This document shows positions 22,643 to 33,358 of a stretch of 64,000 nucleotides of DNA, in pieces (position 1 is the stretch's first letter; the number at the start of each line of letters is the position of its first letter). The stretch is taken from NCBI GenBank assembly GCA_963803975.1, contig CAWDOY010000009.1:32001-96000 (forward strand). The letters run 5' to 3'. The notes below the pieces were generated by a model. That model saw only the letters and a list, made by a program, of their open reading frames with translations. It was not told the DNA's origin and made no database searches. Position numbers and translations under genes: made by a program. The stretch is from an uncultured delta proteobacterium. Its GTDB lineage: Bacteria > Desulfobacterota > WTBG01 > CAIYCZ01.

Positions 22643-22784
22643 GGTTAAGTCCTCCTGTAAATAGATTAGTTATTTCTTTGATACACCTATAGCATCGCTT
22701 CCGGTAAGCAGTATTGACTTAGGTCAAACAGATGCAAATATTCTTTTTAATACCACACCCCTTTTTTAACTGCCAGGCAATACG

Positions 22785-23000
22785 TTACCGGGCAGGCAAT
22801 TTCCGCCCGCTGGAGCTCTTCTTCTCTTTGGCCTCACATGCAAAGCGAGAACATGTCGAAAGCCACTGAAGTTTCTGCTCAGGATTCAACGCTTTGAACT
22901 CGGTGTGGCCGTCAAAAAGATTATCAGACATGGCGCGCACCAGCTCTCTGAATCTCCCTGTTTCATCAGTAACGTCTTTTTTCTTTCTGCCTGATTTCAT
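22785..23000 (-). CDS. Small protein, putative partner of the adjacent nucleotidyltransferase
   Basis: Overlaps the stop of the upstream gene; LNPEQKLQWL resembles LTPAQRLQVL in ORF 27406-27600. Confidence 0.6.
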   Translation of the reverse strand: MKSGRKKKDVTDETGRFRELVRAMSDNLFDGHTEFKALNPEQKLQWLSTCSRFACEAKEKKSSSGRKLPAR

Positions 23001-23521
23001 GACCGATTCCCCTCTTCTCGCAGGAGTTTTTCCAACGCCTGAATGTCAAAGATGTCTTTATCCCGCAAGGGTGTAATTGATCTTTTCAGTTCAAGCAGCT
23101 TCTTTTTAGACAAAAGCTTCACCGTATGTCCACTGATAGCAAGTTGCTCCGCACCACCCTTCAGCGCATTAAACGACAGTTCCTCGGTTAAAAAAATGTC
23201 AACCTGCCGGAAGGGGTTGCTGGTGTCAATAAAGGTAAAAACCAGCGCATTCTTTTCTTCGATAAAAACCCTGCGCTGTTCAGGATCAAGTAATGATTCA
23301 GCAGGAACAGGAGCCCGAGGGGTGAGTTTCAGCTTTTTCATGGCCGCGAGAAATTTTCGCAGATTGTGTGCGGTCATATCTATGGCCAGGTCAATATCCA
23401 TGGTCATGCGCTCAATGCCGTGCAGAACCAGCGCCACCCCACCGCAGATTATAAACCGCACCCCGTCTTCATCAAGTGTTGTAATGATTTCTTTGAGATG
23501 ATTTTTTTCTTGTTCAGCCAT
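22997..23521 (-). CDS. Nucleotidyltransferase-fold protein (AbiEii/DUF6036-like, toxin-antitoxin associated)
   Basis: ICGGVALVLHGIERMTMDIDL; C-terminal LLELK...RDKDIFD. Confidence 0.8.
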   Translation of the reverse strand: MAEQEKNHLKEIITTLDEDGVRFIICGGVALVLHGIERMTMDIDLAIDMTAHNLRKFLAAMKKLKLTPRAPVPAESLLDPEQRRVFIEEKNALVFTFIDTSNPFRQVDIFLTEELSFNALKGGAEQLAISGHTVKLLSKKKLLELKRSITPLRDKDIFDIQALEKLLREEGNRS

Positions 23522-23538
23522 ACCAGTACTATACCACT

Positions 23539-23956
23539 TTATGTTGAGCTTTCGTGAATCAATATTTCCGTCACGCCCTGCTTCACTATTCTGAATGCCC
23601 GCACCTCCGGCTGCTTCCTGTTTTTCAGGGAGATTATGAAATAGACCGCGTCAGGGTGAAAGGCAAGGCTGATGTCCATGCCCGAGGGGTCTGACAGGGC
23701 CTTTGGGGTGCGAGTGATAAATACCCAGCAGGCTCCCGCTCCCTTCCCCCAGTTCGGTGAATATTTCTACCTGCTCCTCAGGGGACATGAAATAGGAGTC
23801 AGGCGCGGGGTGGACGCTGGTGACGGGGATCACGCGCTCAAAAACACCCTGCTGCCCGATGAGCACCCCGCAGCATTCATTGGGAAGCTCCCGCCGGGCA
23901 TGCTCTATCATGGCGCTGAGCAAATGGGATGAAAGCGTTATTGCTGCATGTTCCAT
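23539..23956 (-). CDS. JAB/MPN+ (Mov34, M67) metallopeptidase; one indel near 23686
   Basis: PNECCGVL. Removing one base restores YHSHPKGPVRPSGMD (JAMM motif) and the tail AVYFIISLKNRKQPEVRAFRI...ESST* ending at 23539. Confidence 0.85.
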
Positions 23957-24042
23957 ATTTTCCCCCGGCAAAATAATTGACATATTTTGGGGACTGTGTT
24001 AACTTTGAAATCCTGATAAGGAAGAGAATTTTCAACACATAA

Positions 24043-24165
24043 CAGGCCTTCCGAGCTGCTTGTATACAGGCAGCCGATAAGGCTGAAGCAACCCTTCAGC
24101 CCGCCGTGTTTGCGAAGGAAGCCTGCAGGACATTGTCGAGGTGCATGTTCTGTCAGGCTTTTTTT
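24043..24165 (+). ncRNA. Moco/Wco-like riboswitch variant with intrinsic terminator (copy 1)
   Basis: CTTCCGAGC...GCCGATAAGG-stem-CCCGCCGTGTTTGCGAAGGAAG architecture; covaries with copy 2; terminator AAGCCTG...CAGGCTTTTTTT. Confidence 0.75.
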
Positions 24166-24286
24166 ATGCACGTATTGTATGTGAATTCCTTCCACATTTC
24201 AATTCTAATTGCAAGCATCAGTTTACGCATTATATATAACATAAGCGTACTGCAGATTAATATCCCAATCCACAGAGGAACCATGT

Positions 24287-24758
24287 ATGAAGGCTTTTAC
24301 GTTTAAACCGGAAAAATGCGATCTGTGCCGGAAGTGCGAGGAAGCGTGCGTTGCGGTCTGCGGCCCGGCTCAAGAAAAAGTCATCCGAATATGTCCCCCA
24401 CATACGGGTATTCCAGAGCCCGGAGGGCCCCTATATCAGGCTCTGCAGGCACTGCGAGGAACCGCCCTGTGTTGATGCCTGCATCGGGGAATCCCTGCAG
24501 CGGGGCCCGAACGGGCTGGTCATCCAGGACGAGGAGCGCTGCATCGGCTGCTTCATGTGCAACATGGTCTGCCCGCACGGCGCCATGAAAACCCTCATGA
24601 GCCAGGAAAAGGCGTTCAAGTGCACGCTTATGTGCGGCACCAAAACGCAGCCCACCTGCGTGCTTGCCTGTGACCGGGGAGCCCTGTTCTTTGAAGAGGT
24701 TTCCGCCCATAATAAAAACATCCGACGCGCCAAGCTTAAGGAGTTACCACGAAAATGA
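24287..24758 (+). CDS. 4x[4Fe-4S] ferredoxin-like subunit (DmsB/HycB type); frameshift near 24355
   Basis: CDLCRKCEEAC, CRHCEEPPCVDAC, CIGCFMCNMVCP and CTLMC..PTCVLAC across two frames. Confidence 0.88.
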
Positions 24759-26005
24759 AAACCAACGGCAGACAACACCTGATTATCGGCAATTGCATCG
24801 CGGCAGTTTCAGCTGCAGAAGTGCTGCGGAAGCAGAACCCCTCCGACACGATAACCATCATCGGTGATGAAGAGGTCCCCTCCTATTCCCGGTGCCTCAT
24901 TACCTATTATCTCGGGGACATGATAACCCGGAAGCACCTTTTGTCTCACAATGAGAAGTGGTATGCAGACCGGGACATTGACCTGCACCTCTCAACCAGG
25001 GCGCTCTCGGTCGACGCCAAAAAACATACGGTTATTGCCGAGCACAAGGGCAAAAAGAAAAAGTTCGAATATGACAAGCTGCTGGTTGCAACCGGCTCCA
25101 CCCCCATATTTCTTAAAAGCTTTCCCTATGATCCGGCCGGCATTATCGGCATGCGCAACTACCGCGATGCCGAGACCCTGAAGCGCTGGGCAAAGAAGGG
25201 AAAAAAGGCGATCATCATCGGTGCCGGGTTTGTCGGCTTGAAAACAGCCTACGGCCTTGCCAGGCAGGGCGTACAGGCAAAAGTGGTGGAGCTGCTGCCC
25301 ACCGTGCTGGGGCGCATGACCGATCTTGAGGCCAGCGCAAGGATTGTTGAGCGCCTCACCAGCCACAAGCTGATCGAGATTGAGCTCAACAACTCGGTCA
25401 CCGCCACCCGGAAGCAGGGGGACAAATACGTGGTCACCTATCAGAACGGCGCGGAAGAAGCGGCTGACTTTATCGTGGCCTCGGTCGGCGTTAAAGCCTG
25501 TGTCGAGTTTCTCGAAGGCACCGGCGCAGCATTAACGCGCGGGACCCTGCAGGTGAACGAGCGCCAGGAAACCACGGTTGCCGACATCTATGCTGCCGGT
25601 GATGTCTGTATATCTCCCCACATCATTTCCAGAGAATGGATCTATAACGCCATCTGGCCGGTTGCCGCTTCCCAGGGCCGGGTTGCCGCCTATAACATGT
25701 CAGGACAGCCGGCTGCCTATGCCGGCGATATCCCTATGAACAGCGTTGATTTTTTTGAGATGTGGATCACCGCCATCGGCAATGTCCAGGTCGAGGGTGC
25801 TGACATTGAGACGCTAAAATACATCAGCCCGCGCGTGTATCAGAAGGTGTTCATCCAGAAGGGAATCCCGATTGCCTTCATGGCGGTTGGCAATGTGGAC
25901 GGCGCCGGTCTCATCCGCGGCGCAATTGTCGCCGAGATGCCGTGGAAAGAGTTTGTAAAGAAGCCCCAGGCACGGGTGCTGCCAATAGCGGGGGAAGGAA
26001 TGTAA
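24755..26005 (+). CDS. FAD-dependent pyridine nucleotide-disulfide oxidoreductase (NirB/AOR gamma-subunit-like)
   Basis: YSRCLI, LLVATGS, IIGAGFVG, IYAAGD. Confidence 0.9.
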   Translation: MKTNGRQHLIIGNCIAAVSAAEVLRKQNPSDTITIIGDEEVPSYSRCLITYYLGDMITRKHLLSHNEKWYADRDIDLHLSTRALSVDAKKHTVIAEHKGKKKKFEYDKLLVATGSTPIFLKSFPYDPAGIIGMRNYRDAETLKRWAKKGKKAIIIGAGFVGLKTAYGLARQGVQAKVVELLPTVLGRMTDLEASARIVERLTSHKLIEIELNNSVTATRKQGDKYVVTYQNGAEEAADFIVASVGVKACVEFLEGTGAALTRGTLQVNERQETTVADIYAAGDVCISPHIISREWIYNAIWPVAASQGRVAAYNMSGQPAAYAGDIPMNSVDFFEMWITAIGNVQVEGADIETLKYISPRVYQKVFIQKGIPIAFMAVGNVDGAGLIRGAIVAEMPWKEFVKKPQARVLPIAGEGM

Positions 26006-26011
26006 ATAAAA

Positions 26012-26131
26012 ACCCTAATGTCAAAGCTCAAATGACAAATGAATGTCAAATCCTGAATTACCAATGAAACAGGGAGACCACCTTTGACATTTGGATTTCA
26101 TTTGGCATTGGGATTTTGAAATTTGACATTG
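26012..26131. repeat. Inverted array of degenerate heptamers (TGTCAAA / TTTGACA type)
   Basis: Left arm atgtcaaagctcaaatgacaaatgaatgtcaaa; right arm tttgacatttggatttcatttggcatt...tttgacatt. Confidence 0.75.
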
Positions 26132-26165
26132 TTTAGAATTCAGCTATTTAAATTTAGGATTTCTT

Positions 26166-27104
26166 ATGACCCAAAAAACCACCAGCTCTCCACAGAAGAA
26201 CATCCCCACTGCCCGCGTAAACGGCGTCATGATCAGCCAGTTCCAGCTGGAGTCAGGCGTTGAAGCGCTGCTGAAGCCATACGCGGATGTAAAGGGGAAA
26301 GTGCGCCTCCCCCAGGAGCAGCAGTACGCAGCGCGAAAAGCCGTGCTCGAAAACCTCATCATGCGGGAGCTTCTCTACCAGGAAGCATGCCGCAGGGGTA
26401 TCAAGGCTACGGACGAGGAAATAGAGAAAGTTATGGCTCTGGCAGTGGAAGAAGCCGGCTCCGAGAGGACCTTTAAGGCGATGATGGTGATGACCGGCTC
26501 AAGCCCTGAAGAGTACCGCAGCCAGATGATGAAAGATCTGGCGGTAAATAAAATGGCTGCCTCGGTGGTGGAGGGAAAGAAAAAACCGGTCACTGCGGAA
26601 GAGGCGCGCGCGTACTACGATGAGCATACGGCGGAAATGAGCGGCCCTGAGGCGCGCTGGCTCCTGCATATCATGCTGCCGCTTGATCAGTACGCCGCGG
26701 AGGCTGAAGAAAAAAAAGCGCGGGAGAAGCTCGAAAAGATACGCGCTGCAGGACCCGGCGGGTTTGCAAAAAGTCTGCGCACGCAGGGCGAGGACATGGG
26801 CTATGTCATGCGCGGCCAGCTGCACCCCATCCTTGATTCAGTAGTGTTCTCAACGCCGGCAGGCCAGATTACCCGGGTCATGCGGACCGAAGAGGGCCTG
26901 CATCTGATCCTGGTGAAAGAAGTATTGAAGGCGGGCGAGGTGCGGCCGTTCAATGCCGCCGTGGAAAAAGAGCTGCAGGAAAAGCTCTATGAAATGCGCT
27001 CAGTTGCAATGCTCCAGGAATTTACCGCAAAGCTGCACAAAAAAGCCGAGATAGAAATACTGGATACGTTTGTTGAAGCCCGGCTTGACATGGAGGAGAG
27101 CTGA
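26166..27104 (+). CDS. SurA-N/PpiC-type peptidyl-prolyl isomerase lacking a signal peptide
   Basis: ARVNGVMI, LENLIMRELLYQEA, HI, GEDMGY, RTEEGLHLI; hydrophilic N-terminus. Confidence 0.8.
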   Translation: MTQKTTSSPQKNIPTARVNGVMISQFQLESGVEALLKPYADVKGKVRLPQEQQYAARKAVLENLIMRELLYQEACRRGIKATDEEIEKVMALAVEEAGSERTFKAMMVMTGSSPEEYRSQMMKDLAVNKMAASVVEGKKKPVTAEEARAYYDEHTAEMSGPEARWLLHIMLPLDQYAAEAEEKKAREKLEKIRAAGPGGFAKSLRTQGEDMGYVMRGQLHPILDSVVFSTPAGQITRVMRTEEGLHLILVKEVLKAGEVRPFNAAVEKELQEKLYEMRSVAMLQEFTAKLHKKAEIEILDTFVEARLDMEES

Positions 27105-27405
27105 TATTTAATTGACCTCAATGTATCGGCTGGTGTATAGAGGAATAATTAACGGAAGGTACATTATGCCGAAAAATAACAATATTTTACTTCTAAAAAT
27201 ATGGGCCTCTATCAGCCTTCTCGCTGGTGGGGGCTTTTTATTTGTGGGTTTAGTTGGGACAAAATAATATGGGATGTCCCACATTTTTCTGAAGGTGCTG
27301 CCACATTTTCTCTCCCTTGAAATGCCTTGACACCCCACGCCCCCCAGCCTATATTTACTAAAGTACAGAGCGAACATTAACTCCCGAGTCCGGTGGAAAA
27401 TTGCG

Positions 27406-27600
27406 ATGCCGAAAAATGTTATAATGCGTACTCAGAAGAAAAAACCACCCGTACAGAACTCACAGTCGCACAGTGAAGACGGCATTGATCTTACGCTTAT
27501 CCGCTGGATGCTGTCTTTAACACCGGCCCAGAGGCTTCAGGTTTTGCAGCAGAATGTCAGCTCCCTTACGAGGCTGCGTAATGCAAAATACCACGTCTGA
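27406..27600 (+). CDS. Small antitoxin-like protein
   Basis: GIDLTLIRWMLSLTPAQRL; overlaps the next nucleotidyltransferase start. Confidence 0.7.
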   Translation: MPKNVIMRTQKKKPPVQNSQSHSEDGIDLTLIRWMLSLTPAQRLQVLQQNVSSLTRLRNAKYHV

Positions 27601-27706
27601 TTTTCTGGAAATCCTGCGTACGCTTTCTGAATATAAAGTCGATTTTATAGTGGTCGGAGGTGTGTGTGCCGTGCTTCACGGCGCTCCCATGACCACGTTT
27701 GATCTC
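27581..27706 (+). pseudogene. Truncated nucleotidyltransferase (same family as 22997-23521)
   Basis: MQNTTSDFLEILRTL...VVGGVCAVLHGAPMTTFDL; similarity then ends abruptly within the catalytic DxD motif. Confidence 0.75.
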
Positions 27707-27909
27707 CCGCTCCGCCGACAATTACCCCATCCAAAAGGGACTTTTTATCAATTATATTTACGAGGGTCTGATACCTATCAAGCACCAATATATCTATAAA
27801 AGTAAGGCACTTGGCCACGTTCTTTTCATGACGCAACCAATAAACTGAACGTACACAAACGTATCACTTCAAACTCAAAACATCAATTACAATAACGGAG
27901 GGAATAGAG

Positions 27910-29728
27910 ATGAGATATCCGTTTTGTACAAGGCTGAGTAAAAGTTTGACATGGCTGGCGTCATTGGTGATGACTGTTTGCTGGGCAGTCTCCGTAAATG
28001 CAATTTCCAATATGAAAAGAATGCAGTCTCTCATTTATTTTAATATCGTTATGGTTATGCTTTTAGTGATTTCAGGGTGTGAACCATACCCGGAGTGTGG
28101 ACCTGCTGATCTTGTAATCAAGAATGCGAAAGTTGTTACGGTTGATAAGGAAAATCCAGAAGCCGAGGCCGTCGCGTTTGTTGGAGAGTTTATTGTAGAT
28201 GTAACTTCCAACAGGAAAATTGCAAAGTACATTCAGGAAGGGAAGACGGAAGTTATTGATGCCGCAGGGAGGCTTGTCATACCCGGATTCAATGATGCTC
28301 ATGCGCATTTTTCATCCATTGACCTGGATTTCATTGACCTCAGGTATATTACCGAACCGAATATCATTACAGAGAAGGTGAGGGAAAAGGTAGCTGTATC
28401 CCAACCGGGAGAGCTGATCATGGGTGGTAACTGGGACCATGAGATGTTTCCCGATAAAAGGTGGCCAACCAAAGAGTTGATCGATCCTGTTTCTCCTGAC
28501 AACCCAGTGTTACTCTTCCGGACAGATTACCATTCGGTATTGGTTAACAGCTATGTATTAAGGAATTCGGGAATAACTAAGGATACACCCGATCCGGAGG
28601 GCGGAGAGATTCAGAGAGATAGCGTGACAGGAGAGCCTACAGGTATACTCAAGGAATCGGCAAAGGGGTTGATTAAAACCGGGGAAATACCGGTTGAAAG
28701 AACTCCTGAAGAGATTAAGCAACGCCTGATCGAAGGTTGGAAGGCAGCATTTAGAATGGCTGCTGAACTTGGTGTGACAAGTATTCAGCATCCGGGAGAG
28801 GGAGATGCTGAATTTTACCAGGAATGGTTTGACCAGGGAATGCTCACTTGCCGGATGGATGTTGCCGGTCGGCTTACTAACGATACAGACGCCCTGGAAA
28901 AATACGATGAGTTGAGAGAGAAATATCCACCCGAAGGAAACTGGATCCGGTTTGGATACCTGAAAGGGCAAATTGATGGGACACTGGGTTCAGCTACCTT
29001 TATGCTTTATGAACCGTTCATCGGATGACCCGGATAATACGGGTTTACCTCAGATGACCTATGAAGAGCTGGAACAGAAAGTGGTGACATGCGACAGTAT
29101 GGGATTCCAGATCGGAATACATGCCATTGGCGATAAGGCCAATACCTGGATCCTGAATGCTTTTGAAAAAGCAGCCGAGGTAAACGGCTGGAAGGATAGC
29201 CGGCACCGCAGTGAACACGCTCAGATCCTTATTGAAGAAGATATTCCCAGATTTGCGCAACTGGGTGTCATCGCTTCCATGCAACCCACACACTGCATAA
29301 CAGATAAACGGTTTTGTGAAAAACGGATTGGTAAGGAGCGATCTAAGTATGCATATGCCTGGAGGAGTTTATTGGATGCAGGTGCAAAGATTGCTTTTGG
29401 AACCGATTATCCTGTTGAACCACTGGATCCAATGGAAGGATTATATGCAGCCGTTACCCGCAAAGACCGTATGGGAGAGGAAGGTGATGGCTGGTTCCCG
29501 GAGCAGAAACTGACCATGGAAGAAGCCATTGAACTCTATACCCTTGGGGCGGCATATGCCCAATTCATGGAGAACAGGAAGGGCATGATCAAAAAGGGTT
29601 ATTTGGGGGATGTTGTTATTGTAAACCAGGATCTGATGACCATCCCTGAAGAAGATATTATGAAGACAAAAGTTGATTATACCATAGTTGGAGGTAAGGT
29701 GGTTTTTAAAAGGAACGACACCGACTGA
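27910..29728 (+). CDS. YtcJ-like amidohydrolase (Amidohydro_3), probable lipoprotein; frameshift near 29020
   Basis: IPGFNDAHAH, DGTLGS, IHAIGD, RHRSEHAQ, ASMQPTH, FGTDYPV. Confidence 0.9.
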
Positions 29729-29829
29729 CTGAAGGCGCGGTCCCGGGGTCAGGGCGGCGGCGGTCCCATCGACTCTCGCAACATAATGCCCCCTTTTATT
29801 ATATAAATATGAATTAACCGCTATCGGAT

Positions 29830-32245
29830 TTATTCGTAGTCCAGACTGGTAAAAATAGCATTGGCCAACACACGGAACATATTTTTCGGATGCGCCCCGA
29901 AGGTTGGCGAGATCCCCAAAAGCGTGATATTGCCCGGCCCGCTCTCGCTGTGAATGACTACCGGTTTTCCGCGGGCTCCGCTGCTGGACCATCCCGACCA
30001 GTACCCTGATACAAAAAAATTCTCGTCATCCTTTATATACATAGCAGAATTGACGCCATTGCCGAGGCTCGAAAACCAATACGGAGAATTCAGATAGGCA
30101 TAGTCCTCTGAAGGAAGGCCGGCCGTAATGGGGTCTTTCGGTGAATTGACCACTTTGACAATACCATCGCCATCGGCCCGGTTCAGGGCAAAGTCCAACA
30201 AGGAAGCATTGTCAGCAAAGTCAACCCCCCCGGCCATGCCGATAAAGTTGCCGCCGTTTTTCAAAAAGTTAACAATATTATCGTACCCGACCTCATCAAG
30301 CTCCCACCGCCATTCCACTCGCTCGAAAATCAGCAAATCAAAATCACCCAATATGGATGGCGCGGCGTTCAACTCCGCGGAGGTGACCTCTTGATAGGTA
30401 AAACCGAGTTCTCGCAGGCTAAAAGTGAGCCCTGATTCTGTGGAAGGGTAGACGGCGATTCGCTGCGGCTCCAGCTGAACGGCACTGTCTGGAATTTTCA
30501 TGAGGGCAAAAACATCCAGCCCATATTCCAGCGCCAGGCGGTTTGCCTCCGCATGGTCAGCCCTGAAGATAAACGCGCCCACTTCCAGCGGGCTTTCAGC
30601 GCCCGCGGCACCTTCCAGACGCGACACATCGGTTCCGGCTGCAATCAGGTCATTTGCAGCCCTGATCGCCTCGTTGCAGTTCGGCAAATACGCGTACCCG
30701 GTGCCGGACCAGCCCTGCACGGAACCGCGCAGAGGCCACTGCTTTCGCAGGCGGGCTGTTTTGACAGTGAGCGGCTTCTCAGCCACGGCCAGCCGTACCC
30801 CCCAGAGCAGCGGGTGGGACCATGCGGACGGTTTGGCGTAGAATGACAGTCCCTCAATAGCGGAAAGGTCCACGCCGCTGCTGAGAATCGTGTTTGCCAG
30901 TCCCCGCTTGGGCTGGTTCATCCATACCACGCAGGTTCCCTTGGGATAAGTAATATTATCGAGGGTAAAGGCATGCAGTGCTTTTTCCACCTGAATATCG
31001 TTGGCCAGCAAAAAGTCGATCAGCATATGAGGCTGATGTTCACTTTGCTGTAAGGGCGGCGACAGGGCAATCACATATGCTTCCGGAAACTCCTGAATCA
31101 TCAGGTCTTCAAATTGATCGTATGGTATCTGGTCCAGGATTTCCTGGCTGACAGGCTGCTGGGGAAGATCGAGAAATCCCCGGCGGAATATTTCGATCTG
31201 GTCCATAACCATTTCCTGCTTGTTTTTGACCGCGAACTTCAGAGCCCCCATAACCGCCGTCACCAGGACCTCTACATCGAGTTCGTCCCCCCCCATCCGC
31301 CCCCAGTAGGGGGGCTTCCAGTGTGTGGCCGTACGATCCGTGGTACATGGCATACTGGGGGCCGTAGATCGGCGGCCAATCATCCCACGCACCAGCCATG
31401 TCGAGAATAGGAATCATAGAGTCCATGCCCAGTTGTTCCTTCACCTCTGCTTTCATGGCCAGGGCCTGAGCAAGGGCCCATCCCAGGTAAAGGTCATACT
31501 CGTAGTTGGGGTTGTGGGGCGGCGTGCAAGGCTCGATCAGCAGGGTGGGCATAAACCCGTGCATGTCCAGAAGCACCAGGGGATTCCAGTCGGCCAGCAC
31601 GGCGACCAGGGCTTTTGTTTCAGGCTGAGACTGGGTGATAAAATCACGGTTGAGGTTAATCCCGTACCCATTCACCCTGGTGCCGTTCACCCTGCCGTCA
31701 GGGTTTTGAATCGGGTTAATCAGCAGGATGAAGTTTTCCAGGATTTCCAGCGTTTCTGCGGACTCGTCATAGGCGAAGTGCTCGATCAGCTCCATGCAGG
31801 CATCAACACCCGGGAGTTCATTGCCGTGCGTCCCCCCATTCACAAAAAACGGGAGCTTAAAATCATCCAGGCGCTCGATTGTATCCTGGGCCCTTTCCGG
31901 ATCATGGGTCATCAGGCGGCGAATCTGCCTGTAGTGTCCAAGCCGTCTCAGGCCGTCCGGGGAAGTGATCGTCACGAGGTATAAATCACGCCCGCCAGCA
32001 GACTGCCCCATGACCTCAACACGCACACGGAAGCTCTTTTTCTCGATCTCGCGGAGCTTGGGCCCGATTTCCGAGTAATCAATTGGATCATACGGGAGCG
32101 TTGCAGCACTTCGTGCAATTGAATTTGAATAGACACCTGAGACTGCCAGAGTGTCATTCGCTGCAAAGACGCTGGTGCATATTGTGGGGATCATTAGCAA
32201 AATAACTAAAAACAGATACATGTAAATATTATCCAACTTTTTCAT
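29830..32245 (-). CDS. Secreted M14 zinc carboxypeptidase with a C-terminal GATase-like domain; frameshift near 31290
   Basis: Signal peptide; HGNE, NPDG, NLNRD, DMHG; ORFs 32251-31109 and 31392-29830. Confidence 0.88.
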
Positions 32246-32513
32246 ACCCACACCTCCTGTTATGTGACTTTATAAAACTAAAAAACCGGAATTTATAGAG
32301 AACTTCCCTTTGGATGAAGAAGAAACGGGGTCTGGTCTTGGATTGTCAGCTATGCTGCGCTTCAACCTTTGTTATTATTTTGCTGACGGTAGTATAGTGA
32401 ATTTGCAGGGAGGTACCGGGGTCCTCTCATCCTCTCCTGCCTCGCAAGCCGCACCTTGCAGCAGGAAGATTCACCAACTAAAATTTATGCAATAATGCAA
32501 TACTAAAGGCAGC

Positions 32514-33248
32514 TTATACCTTGCCGCACACCGGGCAGTCGGGAATTTTTTTCTGCGGCAGTTCCATGAACTCCATGGCAGCGCCGTCCCAGATAAGCAT
32601 CCTTCCCATGAGATTCGTCCCCACACCGCTCAGGTATTTAATTGCTTCAAGTGCTTCGAGGCAGCCGATAACGCCGGCAGTTGCGCCGACAATGGGAAAC
32701 AGGGTCTTGGGCAGGGTGCCCGTGTGCATGCACCAGAGGCAGGGTGTTTCCGGAGGCTTGATGAAGGTGATCTGGCCCCGCATGCCGTACACGCCGGCGT
32801 GTATCATGGCAGTTTGGGTCCTGACCGCGTATTTGTTGAGTATCTGGCGGGTTTCAAAGTTATCAAGGCAGTCAACGATGAGATCAACCGTGCCGATGAC
32901 TGCCTCAGTATTCGCATCAGTTATTTCCTCAGCGACCGGCTCAACTTTTATTTCGGGATTGAGCCGTGTGAGTGTTTCCTGGGCAGAGAGCGCCTTGTTT
33001 TTGTTAATGCGGGAATCGTCGTGGAGTATCTGGCGGTTGAGGTTGGAAAGTTCCAGGGTGCCGCAGTCAGCGATGCGGATGGTGCCCACACCGGCAACAG
33101 CAAGATACATGGAGAGCGGGCTCCCCAAGCCTCCCGCACCGGCGATAAAAACTTTTGCGTTTTTTACGCGCTGCTGCGCTTCCTCTCCCCACCCGGGGAA
33201 TATCATCTGCCGCTGATAGCGGTTGCGTTCGCTCTCTGATAAGGGCAT
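32514..33248 (-). CDS. moeB: ThiF/MoeB/HesA-family E1-like adenylyltransferase
   Basis: RYQRQ, GAGGLG, SNLNRQ, DCLDNF, two CxxC motifs (CLWC, CPVC). Confidence 0.9.
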   Translation of the reverse strand: MPLSESERNRYQRQMIFPGWGEEAQQRVKNAKVFIAGAGGLGSPLSMYLAVAGVGTIRIADCGTLELSNLNRQILHDDSRINKNKALSAQETLTRLNPEIKVEPVAEEITDANTEAVIGTVDLIVDCLDNFETRQILNKYAVRTQTAMIHAGVYGMRGQITFIKPPETPCLWCMHTGTLPKTLFPIVGATAGVIGCLEALEAIKYLSGVGTNLMGRMLIWDGAAMEFMELPQKKIPDCPVCGKV

Positions 33249-33254
33249 ACGATA

Positions 33255-33358
33255 CGTTTCAAGTTTAAGGTTTAAAGCTTGAAGTTTAAAGTTTGCAGTT
33301 CAAGGTTTAAGGTTTAATTAATTGTATCTTTGAACCTGAAACATGCAACCCGAAACGT
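33255..33358. repeat. Inverted array of degenerate heptamers (GTTTAAG / CTTGAAC type)
   Basis: gtttcaagtttaaggtttaaagcttgaagtttaaagtttgcagttcaaggtttaaggttta facing ctttgaacctgaaacatgcaacccgaaac. Confidence 0.75.

Noticed and set aside
29020..29030. Selenocysteine or stop read-through at the TGA ending the first amidohydrolase ORF
   Set aside because: The continuation is in a different frame, so this is an indel and not an in-frame TGA.
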